Shown piece by piece: positions 1 to 14,399 of a stretch of 64,000 bases of DNA (its first letter is position 1; each line of letters starts with the position of its first letter). Made by a program: the position numbers and the translations under genes. Origin of the DNA: Eledone cirrhosa (taxonomy: Eukaryota); the NCBI GenBank assembly GCA_964016885.1, contig OZ024741.1:284208001-284272000 (forward strand). The letters run 5' to 3'. The notes beneath the pieces were generated by a model. The model ran no database searches, had not been told where the DNA came from, and worked only from the letters and a program-made list of their open reading frames with translations.

Positions 1-3000
1 CATTCGACGTAGCAGGGACGCCGCTGCAACACTCGCTGCTCGCGCTCGAGAGGATGAAGGACGACGCGCCGTTCGACAAAGCAGGGACACCACTGCAACA
101 TCCGCTGCTCGCGCACGAGAGGATGAAGGATGACGCGCCGTTCGACAAAGCAGGGACGCCAGTTCCACTGCTGCTGCACGAAATACTGAAACCATAGAGC
201 AACGACGTGGCCGACTTCTGCAAAGTGAACAGCGGCGATCATCGTTACGTGGCATTTCTAGGACTTGCAATTCACGATGGTTGTTGAAGGCCTTTAACTA
301 CGACCCCTCCTGCGACTACGCCGTCCATGCAGATATTCAAATTGGGGAAATGACCTCTACTTGCCAGTTTTGTTGTACGAAAAAGTGGCCAGGGGAGAGA
401 GATGGAATGTGCTGTTCAAACGGTAAAGTTAGATTACCTCCTATTCACGACCCTCCAGAGACATTGTAACTCCTTTTGACAGACGCGACAGATATTACGA
501 AGTTTCTGCGTAATATCCGCCGCTACAATTTCGCATTTCAGATGACATCCTTCGGAGCAAAGCTTGCCTTGGAACGTGGGTTCATGCCAACTTTCAAGGT
601 CCAGGGGTAGATCTACTACTTGATTAGATCTATTCAGCCTCTGGCAGAAAAGGATCCTCAATTTCTTCAGTTATACTTCGCTGGAAACTATCAGGAGCAG
701 GCAGAGATGCGAAATTCTATTTCGTCCGAAACTAACATTGGAACCATAATAAAACTTCAAGAAATGCTTCATGACAAAAACAGCTATGTTCGCAGTTTCA
801 AGTACACTTTGGAAACAGCCACCGACCCAAACTTTAGTGTGGTCATACATGCTGACCGAAGGCCATCTGGAGAACACGCTGGTCGGTTCAACGCACCAAC
901 ATGTAATGAGATTGCTGCGGTTATTTCTGGTGAACAGCACAACAAGAGAGATATCATTCTAAAGCACCGAGACAGCCCATTACAGCGTATCAATGAGACA
1001 CACAGGTCCTACGATGCACTCCAGTATCCATTGCTATTTGTCAACGGCGAGGACGGTTACCATTTCGGCATTCCTCAACATTCGGCAGGAAATGGTGAGG
1101 CACATCTTAGCAAAACTGTCACCTGCATGGATTTCTACGCTTTCCTATGTATGGTAAGGGACAATTCATTCAACCATCTACACCGTTCTTGGGACCTTTT
1201 CCAACAATTTGTTGTTGATATGGCCGTTAAAATGGAGTCCGAGAGATTATGGTTCATTAAATTAAATCAAAAGAAACTTCGATCTGAATGCTACATTCAT
1301 CTACGCGATGGAATTAACAACGACGTATCCCCAGACAATTTAGGGCAAGTGTGTATTTTGCCTTCAACGTTCACAGGGGGAGCCCGATACATGCACGAGA
1401 GGACTCAGGACGCCATGACCTACGTACGACATTATGGGCGCCCCGACCTACGTACGACATTATGGGCGCCCCGACCTTTTCATAACGTTTACATGCAATC
1501 CCAAGTGGAAGGAGATTACAAACGAACTGTTCCACGGTCAAGCGCCAAGACACAGGCACAATCTCATAGCAAGAGTGTTTCGCCTGAAATTATCCAAATT
1601 AATGGATTTATTAAAGAAAGGACAGGTTTTTGGGCCTGTCAGGTGCGACATGTACACGGTTGAATGGCAGAAACGAGGCCTACCGCATGCCCATATCTTG
1701 ATTTGGTTGGTTACAAAAATCAGTTCAAACTACATCGACAAATTCATTTCTGCCGAACTACCTGATCTATCGATTGACAAGGACCTCTTCTTTATAGTCA
1801 CATCAAACATGGTCCATGGTCCTTGCGGACATGGACTCAATATGAAGTCCCCGTGCATACACGACGGAAAGTGTACAAAACGAAATCCCAGGCCGTTTTT
1901 ACAGAAAACACAGACTGGCGGTGACGGATATCCGTTGTATAGGCGCAGGAGACAAGAAGACGGTGGGTTCACAGCAAAAGTTGGTGAACGCGAAATCGAC
2001 AACAGCTGGATAGTGCCATATTGCCCCTCCTTTTGAAATCGTTCAACGCCCATATAAACGTCGAATTTTGCAACTCAGTAAAATCAATTAAATACGTTTG
2101 TAAGTACGTAAACAAGGGATCGGATGCTGCCGTCTTTGGTCTTCGTCATGAAAACAGTAGAGACGAGGTATCTGACTACCAAGCAGGCCGATACATTAGC
2201 AGCAATGAAGCCTTTTGGCGCGTATTTAGCTTCCCACTGCACCAATGACACCCCCTCATTAAACAACTTGCCGTTCACCTTGGAAACGGTCAACGGGTGT
2301 ATTTCAACGATGCAACAGTTGCTCAGCTAGCGATCTCACCAAAGGAAACTACACACACCGCTTTTTTCAAACTTTGTTAACACGACAACTTCGCTCGAAC
2401 TCTGCTGTATTCTGAAATATCGTCTTACTATACATGGAACCGGACAAAATGGCTACGAAGGAAGGTAGGGCAAGAGGTGGTTGGACATCCAGGTATCAAA
2501 TTCGACAATTGCTTTGGGCGAGTTTATACGGTCCACCCTACCCAACACGAATGCTTCTACCTGCGACTTCTGCTTCATAAGGTAAGAAGGCCAACCAGCT
2601 TCACTTATCTGAGAACCGTCGATGGATACGCCTGCGGAACGTACAGGGAAGCATGCTTGAGGTGTAGACATTTAGAAGATGACGCACAATGGGATGCAAC
2701 CTTGACGGAAGCTGCCATCTCACAATCATCACGTAGTCTAAGAGCACTTTTTGCTATCCTCTTGCACGTCTGTGAATTGAGCGATCCTTACTCTTTATGG
2801 CAAAAGTTTAAAGATGATTTCGCAGACGAATATAGGCGTCTCGCTCAATTGCAATCTCAAAACTTAGATGTCGGCTTTTCAGATGCTATATATAACAGAG
2901 CTCTGATCGATATGGAAGACAGAGTGGCTTCAATGAGCGGAGATGTCTTGGAGAAATATGGGCTTCCGCAAACACTTCGAGATGCGCCATCTGTCATTCC

Positions 3001-4384
3001 CAACGACATTATACGTGAAACGTCATATGATATCGACGAACTCAAAAGATATGTTGAAGAAAATGAACCAAAACTTCTAATGGATCAAAAACAAGCCTAC
3101 AACATTGTCGTTAATTCCATCCGTAATCGGGGAGGGGGTATATTCTTCCTGGACGCACCTGGAGGCACGGGCAAAACATTTGTAATCAAACTTTTACTCG
3201 CTGCAGTGAGGCAACACGGAAACATCGCATTGGCCGTGGCTTCTTCCGGCATTGCAGCAACTTTGCTGTCTGGTGGCAGGACGGCCCATTCAACTTCAGT
3301 CTTCCTCTCAACGTGGCATCATCTGAGACACCCACGTGCAACATCAGCAAGTCTTCCGGAAAAGCACTGGGGTTAAAGCGCTGCCTACTAATTGTTTGGG
3401 GCGAATGCGCAATGGCCCACAGGGCGGCTTTCGAGGCATTAGACCGGTCACTCAAAGACACCAGGGACTGTCAAGAACCAATGGGAGGTGTCACTTTCCT
3501 GTTATCTGGGGACTTCCGACAGACTCTGCCTGTACGCGGGCTGATGAGGTTGGTGCATGCCTTAAGGCCTCCCCACTTTGACGTTATGTAAGAAAGCTGA
3601 CGCTTATAACAAACACGAGAGCACACCTGCGGGTTTTGCTGCTGCCATTTTGTTGTTGGGAGATCCCACTCGACGGAGATGGTACAGCGGAGATCACAGG
3701 GATTTGCAGATGCGTTAAGTCAATTGCTGAGTTACGGACGTCTGTTTTTCCTAATCTTTCGGAGAACTACACAAATCAAGAGTGGTTGTGTGAACGCGAA
3801 ATATTGGCTTCGAAAAACCACATAGTTAGAAGCATCAATGAACAGCTCATGCTGTGCTTGCCTGGAAACCTGCATGTCTACAAGTCCCTTGACTCTATGA
3901 CTGATCCGGACGAAGTTGTTAATTACCCCACAGAACTTCTTAACTCCCTAGACCCTCCCGGATTGCCACCACACTGCGACTTAAGAAAGGTGCCCCTGTC
4001 ATGCTCCTCAGAAATTTGGAATCCCGAAGGCTTTCCAACGGCACGCGTCTGGTCATCCAAAACGCGATGCCTCATGTTATTGAGGCAACAATACTTACAG
4101 GATGTGGTAAGGGGGATACTGTCTTCATACCAAGGATACCTCTCATTCCATCCGGTAAAGACATTCCTTTCACATTCAGAAGGCTGCAATTCCCTCTCCG
4201 GCTCAGTTTCGCCATGTCGATTCAGGGTCAGACGCTGACGGTCGTAGGGCTTAATTTAGAAGAACCGTGATTCTCCCATGGTCAACTATATGTTGGCTGC
4301 TCTTGAGAGGGGAGCCGACATAACCTATTTGCTTTTGCAGTTCGCGAGAAAACCCAAAATACAGTCTATAAGGAATTTTTGTAG
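1..4384 (+). pseudogene. Helitron Rep/Pif1-helicase coding region, disrupted by multiple frameshifts and stops
   Basis: ORF pieces 281-469, 620-1663, 1434-2036, 2021-2248, 2477-3376, 3313-3591, 3636-4270 are collinear parts of one RepHel protein. Confidence 0.93.
2..160 (+). repeat. 69-bp coding tandem repeat (~2.3 copies) in the Helitron N-terminal region
   Basis: gcagggac recurs at 12, 81 and 150. The 69-bp period is 23 codons. Confidence 0.8.
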
Positions 4385-4789
4385 GCACCACATCCGCCAA
4401 CAAGTAATCACTGTTTTTTTTTGTTTTGTATAAGTGCTTACATTTGCTGTATCCATATGCTATTTTTGTCCTTTTGACAATACCACGTACACCTCTGAGG
4501 TTACTTTTGCTATACGTTATAAATGTTCAGTGTCTCTGTTTTCCGCATTTATATGTTGCTATTACGCTTTGCTATCGATGTTCCGTAGTTTTAACCTAAT
4601 TAATCTACTTTTCCCTACATCTTATTTACACATTTTTTTTTACATTCCAGCGTGATCTTGCCAAGGCCGTTTTTGTGGCCACCGACTTTTACATGCTTTT
4701 CTAGGTTACAGTCTCAAATAACAAGCAAAGCAAATAAGAGACACCAAAGTGGTGTGAAGGACTTCTTAAGGACAACCATCTTTAATCGG

Positions 4790-5162
4790 AGTCGTCTTTG
4801 CTGACATCTCTGTCTCTGAGACTTTTAAGAGTGAACGATCCAAGGCCCTCTTCAGGGTCACCAAGTTTAAATTGTTACCATCGGATTCATCTTTGCTGGC
4901 AGCACCGCCGCTGAGATATTTCAAAGTGAACGTTAAAAGTTCCTCTTCAGGGCCACCAACTATAAATTGTTATCGCTGGATTCGTCTTTGCTGGCAGCAC
5001 CGCCGCTGAGACTTTTAAGAGTGAACGATCCAAGGCTCTCTTTAGGGCCACCAACTTTAAATTGTTACCATCAGATTCGTCTTTGCTGGCAGCACCGCCG
5101 CAAAGATATTTCAAAGTGAACGTTCAAAGGCCATCTTTAGGGCCAGCACCTATAAATTGTTA
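4790..5162. repeat. 95-bp minisatellite (~4 copies, alternating A/B variants) in the Helitron 3' region
   Basis: Unit starts at 4816, 4911, 5006 and 5101. Copies 1/3 and 2/4 share variants. Confidence 0.88.
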
Positions 5163-5819
5163 CTTTTATAGTGGTGTTTAAGTGGAAGTCTTTCGGTTCA
5201 TTTGAACAACTACTCCATTGAGAGTTATACCGGGCAACGCCGGGTACCTCTGCTAGTGTCAAATAAAATCGTAATTGACAATATGCCCAGAAATTGAAGA
5301 GAGACTGTTTTACTCTCTTCTGTAATCAGTAAAATAATCCATGATACAGTTAAAAAAGACGATATTATATATAAACTGCATTACGGTGAAATGTAATGAA
5401 ACCTTACATAACGATGTAAATATATGGATGTTTATATAAGCAATGTAATAAGTGTTATGATATAACGGACGCTAATCGGAAGTGTAGACATTTGAAAATG
5501 TTAAAAGAAGTGAATCTTAAAATAAGCAATCATTATATATAAGAATATTTATGTTTAATCAACAGCTACGAAATTTAGTACATAAATTATGCATTATTCA
5601 TTCATTATTTATTCATAGTGATCTAACTTATTTTACTAAAAGGATAAAATAAATATATTCGAGACGCAGTCCCGCACTCCTCCCTTTATTATATTATGAT
5701 ATTCTATTTAAGAAACCGAATGAGTTTAAGAATAATGTAAATAAATTTGTTGAACGCAAATGACAGAGGTTATTAAAATCGTAAAGTAAGTAATAATAGT
5801 TAATATATAGGCCAGTACA

Positions 5820-6660
<841 letters not shown>

Positions 6661-6962
6661 AAAAGTGATGTTGATGGTGATGATTAATAGAAAATGCTAT
6701 TTTCATCATTTCTAAAAATAGCAAAACAATTGATGCTTTGGATATGATTAATTATTGGTCGTTAGACATGCTCAACCAGCGGTGACGCTTAAACAAATCA
6801 GCTTTAGTAATTCAGTGAAACTACACACTGATTGGTCGAAATACAGTTTGCAAGACTTAGGATTCTGGAGCCACTTTTCCCTGTATAAAATGTATAAAAG
6901 GTAGAAAATTTACCCATCTTATTACAGTTGAAAATTGCAAACTTGACTGTCACCACATATTA

Positions 6963-7001
6963 TGAACCTGAAGATTGCGAAAGCATGAAAGTACTTGTTC
7001 A
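6963..7001 (+). ncRNA. Minimal type I hammerhead ribozyme (palindromic stem III GTAC)
   Basis: tgaac CTGAAGA t-tgc-gaaa-gca-t GAAA gtac TT gttca. Stem I is tgaac/gttca. A (TA)n tract follows ~90 bp downstream. Confidence 0.72.
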
Positions 7002-7109
7002 ATTAACACTTAGAATTTAATATTCTATCATACTATTTCATTATAATACCATTATAAATTTTAAAGGATTGTAAATAAAACGAGTAAATCAGACAAAGTT
7101 GGAATTCCT

Positions 7110-7210
<101 letters not shown>

Positions 7211-7293
7211 GTATGTATATATATATGATGTCACTTTGGTGCAGATCACTGTCGTAACACTGTCTATGCTGGTCTTACAGAAATATGTATAAT

Positions 7294-7346
7294 AATTGTT
7301 TCTACTTTAGGCACAAGGCCAGCAATTACCCAGAGTGCATTACTGC
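7294..7346 (-). mobile_element. 5'-truncated SINE (3' end) with target-site duplication
   Basis: Reverse complement of the 3' end of the SINE at 19026-19214. Flanked by duplicated cagaaatatgtataat. Confidence 0.8.
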
Positions 7347-7398
7347 AGAAATATGTATAATAATGAAAATCATTATATAACTTCTGTTGTTTATTTCG

Positions 7399-7429
<31 letters not shown>

Positions 7430-7432
7430 ATT

Positions 7433-7463
<31 letters not shown>

Positions 7464-7464
7464 T

Positions 7465-7581
7465 GCTTTCTTTATTAACCACAAGGGTTTACACAAAGTA
7501 GACATTAAGGACAGTACAGGACAATACAGGACGGTACAAAAGGGCATTTCTGCGTGTAAAAAAACAAAACAACAGAGGATG
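7465..7581 (-). mobile_element. 3'-UTR-only copy of a Tx1-type LINE inside (ATT)n
   Basis: Similar to the 3' end at 7604-7700 (ctttatt..ccacaaggg..cagtacaggac). Flanked by (TAA)n on both sides. Confidence 0.75.
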
Positions 7582-7603
7582 TAATAATAATAATAATAAT
7601 AAT

Positions 7604-10600
7604 GGTTTCTTTATTGGCCACAAGGGCTGACACGAAGAAAAACATTAGAGACGGCACAGAACAGTACAGGACGATACAAAGTGGGTTTTGGTCGTGTAAA
7701 TAGGTTATAACAAGATAGAAATCGGGATAGAAATCAAAGAAATTCAAACAAAAATTCCCCAAAAAGGGGGAAGCCTCCGAGAGTCACTCGTGGTGAAAAC
7801 CACGCAAAAGACCACGGCCACCCTGACCACCAAGGCAAGCGCCCTCTCTCACTTTTCCCACTCCTCAGTCTACAGGCGTATACTCAGAGTGGGCCCGTTC
7901 ACTCGGACCAGACTCGCCACTTTCACCCACCTTTCAACAAACTTACTAGAAGACAGCACTTGCCTCTCCACCCTGATTTTCCTCTTCAAGTGAAACTTGA
8001 AAAAGTTAATAAGGGATTGGCCGGAGAGGAAAGTGTCCGTCTTCAACCCTTTCAACCTTGTCCACCACACAATCTCTTTCGCCATGGCCACCAGGCAGAT
8101 GAAAACTGCCTGCTCTTCCTCCTCTTTAAAGGAGGATGGCGGGGCTATCTGCACAATGGACTCAGTCGATAACCGGATCCGACCTACACACGACAGCAAT
8201 TGTTCCACATAGCTCCACAAGTCAGCCATTCTCGAGCAGTGAACGAGTACGTGTAGGACGGTTTCGTCGCTCTACGCGCATCTCGGACAGGCTCGGATGA
8301 CGGCACCTCCGTGCCTTAGAGCTTATCCCGAACCGGCAATGCTCCCCGGTAGCACTACCAGGCAAGGGATTTCTGGAAGTTGTCCATAGGCCCCAGTCTG
8401 AAAGTTATCTTGAAGAGAGCGAACAGCTGATCGTCTTCGACGCCCAGGGTCTCCCCGAGAACATCGTCGCTCTTTCCCTCCACTAGCCCTCTATAGAACG
8501 CCGAGGTGGATGTTCCACCGATACTAGTGTCCAGCTGGTAGAGGGCGGTGAGCACTTGGAGACATTCCAGCTTCCAAGCGCTATCCCTCGGTCTTTTCCT
8601 GATCCAGGACTGCAGCTCCGTCAAGGAGACGAACTGGGGAAAAGCGCGTCTGGCAAACGGCGACCACACCTGTTCACCATCAAGGAAGCACCAAAGTTTT
8701 CGCAGCCTCAGCGCATGTTTGCGCATCATCAGCTACGGCATGTCTAGTGCTCCACGCAACGGGTGTTGACAGCAAATGGATCGTCTGAGCATGGGAGCAC
8801 GTCCCTTTCACAAAAAGCGGAAGAGAAGGCGCTCCATTTTGGTCAGAGCTGGGCGGGAGAAGATATGACGGTCAGGCGGTAGCAGATGACGGACGCTATG
8901 TACGCATTCGCCACCTCCGCCCGACCTTTCAGAGACAGCCTCCCCTCGGCCCATTTCTAGGGGAGAGAGGCCACCCTGTTCGTCACCTCGCTCCAGTTTT
9001 TCTCCATCTGGAGGTCCGGACCGAACCAGACCCCGAGCAATTTAACCGGTCCTTCCGTCCAGCTCCCCACGACGCTGTCGGACGGCATGGACTTGCCTCT
9101 CCAGGTGCCGAGTTGCAAGCCCACCGACTTTTCCTGGTTTATCTATGCTCCTGCCACCGCTTCGTATTCCTTGAGAGCGGTGCCGAGCATCTGGACGTGT
9201 TTGGTGCTCGACACCAACACGGTGACGTCGTCGGCGTAAGCTGACACGGATCTCCCGCTTCCCAGTTCGCGTGGGACCTCCCTCATCGTCTCCAATTTGT
9301 GCAGTAACAGTTCTAGGGCCAGTACGTACAAGAGGTACGAGAGGGGGAAACCCTGGCGGACCGAGCGCATGATGATGAAAGGCTGCGACAGGTGACCATT
9401 CACCCTCACAATTAAGCAGATGCCGCTGTACATTGCAGCGATCCAGCCTCTAAAAACGGGCCCGAAGCCGGACGCCTCGAGGACCGCAGCCAGGTACCGA
9501 TGGTCAACCCTATCAAATGCTTTAGATTGATCCACCCGTGCCAGGTTCCCTAGCTACCCTCTCTATGATGTATTGCATGAGATGGAGGTTGTCGTGGATG
9601 GATCTGTGCGGAATGGCGCATGTCTGCGCCTCTCCCACCAGATCACCGACGACAAGCGCCAATCTGTTTGCTAACACCTTGGCCAAAATCTTAAACTCTG
9701 TTATGGGCCTGAAGTTGTCTATAACGTCCCCTTTGTTCGAGTCGTTTCTCAGCAGCAAAACTGGGAATGCTCCCGTTCTGCTGCCAGTTGCAGTAGAATT
9801 CGAACAAGTCTGGCATATACGCATAAAGCTCGTAGAGCAGACCATCCAAACCGGTCGATTTACCCCTCGTGCAGTCAGACATCGCTTCCCGTATTTAACC
9901 TACTGTTATCGGCTTTTCGCAGCACTGCGCTGCGGTCGCCGAGAGCCGCGGCAGTACGTCGAGGTATGCACCGAAGTCCATACTCCGATCCGGCCCGCCG
10001 CCGCTCCCGAACAATTGAGCAAAGTGCTGTTGAAAAGCCACACACATCTGCTCGGGTTCGAGCAACATACGCCCGTTTTGGTAAGGCAAAGACCGAATTG
10101 CGGACTTGTTGCCACGTCGCGCCTCCACCACCTGGGCTCATTGAACGGCTTTTGTCCCCTCGTGTCTTAGAGCACGCGCTCTAGCTCTGACAACGCAGCC
10201 TTCATGCTTTGCTTTGAAGAATTGGTCGAGTGCCAATCTCACCGCAAGCACGTCGGTTGCGATGTCTGTCCTAAACGCCTCTTCTAGCTTTCTAACTAAC
10301 TCTCCCTCTACTCTATTTTCCTCTATCACTAGTCCTTTGCTAAACCTTATCGATTCTACTCTAATAGCCCTTTTCAGGGTAAACCACCTCCTGTTGTTGA
10401 CGATCGCACTCGTCAACGCACGCTTAACTAATTCGCAAATCCGGTCCCTGTAAGCTTTGCACGCCGGGAACAACGCGTTCAGCTTCCAGTAGCCGGGCCC
10501 TTGCCTATGGAGTTTATCTAAGTCAACTTCACAGATCACAAATTTGTGGTCCGTGTAGTCGACTACTTTAAATTGTGGACAACCTACACTAGCCTTATTT

Positions 10601-12898
10601 GTTTCCCTACAGAATACCCTATCTAAATACGATCTGGATGACCCGATGCGGTTTGTCCATGTCCACATTGGCACATTCGGATAATCCAATCTATACCTGT
10701 CAGACAGTTCAAAACGTCTGAGCAGGTTGTTGAGGTTTTTACACCCTCCTGCCCTGTCTACTAGCCCCACATAACCCCAGCGTGCATCTAAGATGCCGTT
10801 CCAGTCGCCCACTAACACTAAAGAGCAGGACGTTCCAAGAAAGGTCTCTAGACGTCTGAATAAATTTGGCCGTCCTGCCTCTGTTGGGGCGTAGACGGCT
10901 ACTAGCCTGAAAGCGTTGCCTTCGCTGCCGGTCACGTCCAGCACCACCGACTTACCTTCTGGGTTCAGGAAGATGGCCCGTATGGCGAGATCCAAGCCTC
11001 TCCGAAAAAACACGGCAACTCCTCCCCCCGATCCTGGACGGCTGGGAGATGCGTATACATCGTAGCCGCCGAAAATCGGTACGAAGGCCGTGCTTCGGAG
11101 ATTCTGGTCTCGCTGATGGCCACCACATCTATATTTAGTGACCTGAGGTCGTTGAGCAGGTGACCCTGCTTCCAAGATGACCCCCAGGCCACGTACATTT
11201 ATACTGCCTATTCTAAGTACGGCCATGCTAGATGAGAAGTGGGGTAAGTGATCGTGTAGCGAAGGGATTGTAGAACCGTCCCTTTGGCTGGTCATGGGTG
11301 TTTCCAAGAGGATGTCGGTGTATACCCTCTTGGTAACCGATCCTCTGACGTCTCCAACTGCTTTGCGGAATTTTTGTTTTAAAAGTTTGTAATGTTCTAT
11401 TTTGATTGCATGATGTTTATGTTTGTCGGGAGAGTTCTTATTGTTGGTGGGGTGTGGTAGTTTTTTTCTGTGATGTCTGTGTGCTGCTTCATATATTGGA
11501 AGAGTTCTTTATTTGCCATGTTTATGGCTGTGTACTTTTTGGGGGAAGGGGCGATTTTGTTGCTGTTTTCTTGTTGTTGCTGTTGGGTGTGTGTGTTTTG
11601 TTGTGTTTGCGATGTTGGTGTTTTTGGTGATGCTGCTGGTAATGTGGTTATTGTTGGTGGTGATGCTTATGGTGGTGATAGTGATGGTGGTGGTGTTGCA
11701 GCAAGTCTCCTTGCAGCCTTTACCCCTCTTTGTCTGCCTTCGCTTTTGGAGGGTGAAGCTAAGGGTTTTTTTTACATTCATGTCGGACCCCGCGGCGTCC
11801 GGGAGGGGGATGAGCTCCACTGCTGTTGGTGGTGGTAGTGGAGCCCGCTCCGGCGATTTTACCGCCGGTGTAGCTACTGCGACTGTTGGTGTTGCCGCCA
11901 CTGCTCCCGCTGCTTTAGTTGTCCATGGCCTTGGTATGGGTGCCACGGACGTTGCCCTCCTACTCACCATGGAAGGGTCTTCTGCCCCTGTTTCCTGCTC
12001 TGCACTTGGTAGCAGCGGATCAGGTGTCAGAAGGAGGGGGGCCCTCTTCTTGGCTGTCTTCTGCGGGGAGAAGTCCCTGAGGTGACCTTTCTGCCCACAG
12101 AGATAGCACTTTGGGCGCCTTCCTTCTACGCTTATAGGGAGTTGGAGCCCTTCTTCGAGGTCTATGATGACTGGGATGGCCTCGATGCACTCCTGGTCAG
12201 TCTGTATTAGCATTTGCATGCCTATTCCTGACCAGTTCTCTCTTCCCATTCTCTGTATTTGCAGTATGGAAGTCTTCTCCTCGATTCCAGCCAGTACAGA
12301 CACGTCCAGCCAAGATATGGGCACGTTGGGAGGGACCTGGGTCACTTTGACCCTCATAATTTTCTGCCCGCAGTAGGAGGGCACCAAGACTATCTCCTCA
12401 CTCTTTAGGGTTTCCAAAGAGTGAGACTTCACCTCTTTTGGGGTGGCGAAAAGTACGTCCACTGTGGTATACTTTTTGTCTCGGGTGATGTGGGTTTAGC
12501 GCGCCCAGACGCACTCCAAGGCCTTTTGGATTTGAGCCTCCGTGGCTCTCTTCACCCGATGGGACATTTTGCTTACGGTGCGGTAAGTCACTGTGCGCAG
12601 CTGCTGGTCTTTGAAGAAATCGGGTAGAGGTTTCAGGGAAACTCTATTGTCGTTTCTCGACACCATGGCTCTTGCTATTGTCATCTCCTCATCCGTGACT
12701 AGCACTGTCTCTATATTTCGGGCCACACCTGGCTCAGCCATGTTTTTTTTAACAATTTTTTTTTTAAAGTAAAATGTTTACAGGGAAAAGTCTAAGGGCT
12801 TATATCCCTTACACAACAAGAAAGATTTAACAACAAATAATTTTAACAGGCAAATAAAACGACTTACTGGGAGCGAGCAAAAGACGTCCGATTAGACC
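7604..12898 (-). mobile_element. Full-length but decayed Tx1/L1-clade LINE inserted in an (ATT)n tract
   Basis: ORF1 from 12741 has a gag-like knuckle CYLCGQKGHLR. ORF2 from ~11226 has APE (IGSINVRGL, GDWN, SYLDR, TDH), RT (DQSKAFDRVDH, YADD) and a C-terminal Cys region. AATAAA near the 3' end; TAA repeats on both flanks. Confidence 0.93.
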
Positions 12899-13118
12899 AA
12901 TAATAAATTATATATATAAAACTGTTGTTGTCTGTGTGTGTGTGTCCTCATTTTTGCAAAATTTATACAAATCCACATTTCTACTCTGATTGACTTCAAA
13001 CTTGCATTTATATATTCCTTGTGGTCTAAAGATATTAACTGCAGCTTTTATTTTCCAATTTTCTGTTGTTAAAGGAGTGTTAGGCGCCGGTTATCGATAT
13101 CCGTAGCGCTCTTATAAT

Positions 13119-13183
13119 TGTTTCTACTTTAGGCACAAGGCCAGCAATTATCCAGTGCATTACTGGTACTTTATTTTATCGAC
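13119..13183 (-). mobile_element. 5'-truncated SINE with ~18-bp TSD
   Basis: SINE 3' portion between two copies of ccgtagcgctcttataat. Confidence 0.8.
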
Positions 13184-13453
13184 CCGTAGCGCTCTTATAA
13201 TATCTGTCTGTATGCCTTATGTCTGCATTACGACATTCTGACGAACATTGATGACGTATTATGTTCGCTATTTTCCGTTCATTGCCAGGGAACGTCTTCA
13301 CGAACCAAAGTATCGTCTTCCTGTTTTCCTTCAGTTGCAACGTTTTTCGAAATATTTACTTCTGTGTTCACAGATTGATGTTTTTAGTTTCAGAAGATCC
13401 CGTTAAGGGTGAAAGCAACGATTCTTTGCTTAAACTTTAATCTGTTATTTTAA

Positions 13454-14321
13454 TCTATATATGTATATATATAAAACTGAAGAAGTATGTATGTATGTAT
13501 GTATGTATGTATGTATGTATGTATGTATGTATGTATGTATGTATGTATGTATGTATGTATGTATGTATGTATGTGCAGTGCCTTTGCTCACTATAAAAGC
13601 TACACGGCACAGGCATTGCTTTATATCTGGAGATCTCTCTGCACTTGTCGTCACATGATACCATGGGCCTGGCACTATGTGTCAATAATTGTCACAAGTG
13701 CAGTGTTTGTACCAGAGTTTTCAAGTCGCTGGCTGGACTAAAAAGTCACACTCGTTCAGCGCATCAGTAGGGGTTCTCCTACATGGATATGAAGTAGTGG
13801 CCGTACTCGAAAATGAGTTGGCAGCCACCATGTATGTATGTATGTATGTATGTATGTATGTATGTATGTATGTATGTATGTATGTATGTATGTATGTATG
13901 TATGTATGTATGTATGTGTGTGTGTTCTGGAGTGAAACCCGAGAAGTACCCAACCGATTTTTTTCAAACTTTACATGTGTATTACTTATGTTTCAGGGAG
14001 TGTTATACACATAAAATTCAACTTTTTGATCCCCTAGGGCCCGCATTAGATGAAAAACTGCGTTTTTTCAGCTTTTTAGGGTTTTTCTTAGGCTTTACGT
14101 CAGACCGATTTCCTTGAAATTGTAACTATGTATTAGTCTCTTCTTCATACCGTAAACAAAGAAAATCCAACTTTTTTTATGGCCTAGGGCCCGCATTAGG
14201 TGAAAAACTTCATTTTTTCAGCTTTTTAGCGCCTTTTTGAGGCTTTACGTCTAGCCGATTTTCCCGAAATTTCAAGACATATTATGCACATAAAAAAACT
14301 TCATTTTCTTGATCCCCCTTG
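13454..14321 (+). mobile_element. Probable non-autonomous Helitron-like element: A|TCTATAT..ATAAAA start, (GTAT)n, ~150-bp internal repeats
   Basis: TC 5' end after A. ccgattt..aaa motif repeated at ~13954, 14105 and 14255. A similar start occurs at ~12910. No 3' CTRR end seen. Confidence 0.5.
13575..13830 (+). mobile_element. RTE-type LINE extreme 3' fragment (C2H2 finger) within (GTAT)n
   Basis: HKCSVCTRVFKSLAGLKSHTRSAH followed by a short 3' UTR and (TGTA)n. Confidence 0.7.
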
Positions 14322-14399
14322 ACCCACATCACCCGAGACAAAAATTATACCACAGTGGACGTACTTTTCGCCACCCCAAATTAGATTGGTAAAACAAAT

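Larger units (their letters stand above)
1..5256 (+). mobile_element. Helitron (RepHel), frameshifted and 5'-incomplete in window, with intact 3' terminus
   Basis: Rep motifs PDLFITFTCNP, EWQKRGLPHAHIL (HUH) and KYVCKYVNKG (Y2). Pif1-like helicase motifs FLDAPGGTGKT, LSGDFRQTLP, LSNGTRL, RLQFPLRLSFAMSI. 3' hairpin tacc-g-ggc-aac-gcc-g-ggta (5228-5246) followed by CTAG (5253-5256) and a target T. Confidence 0.96.
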
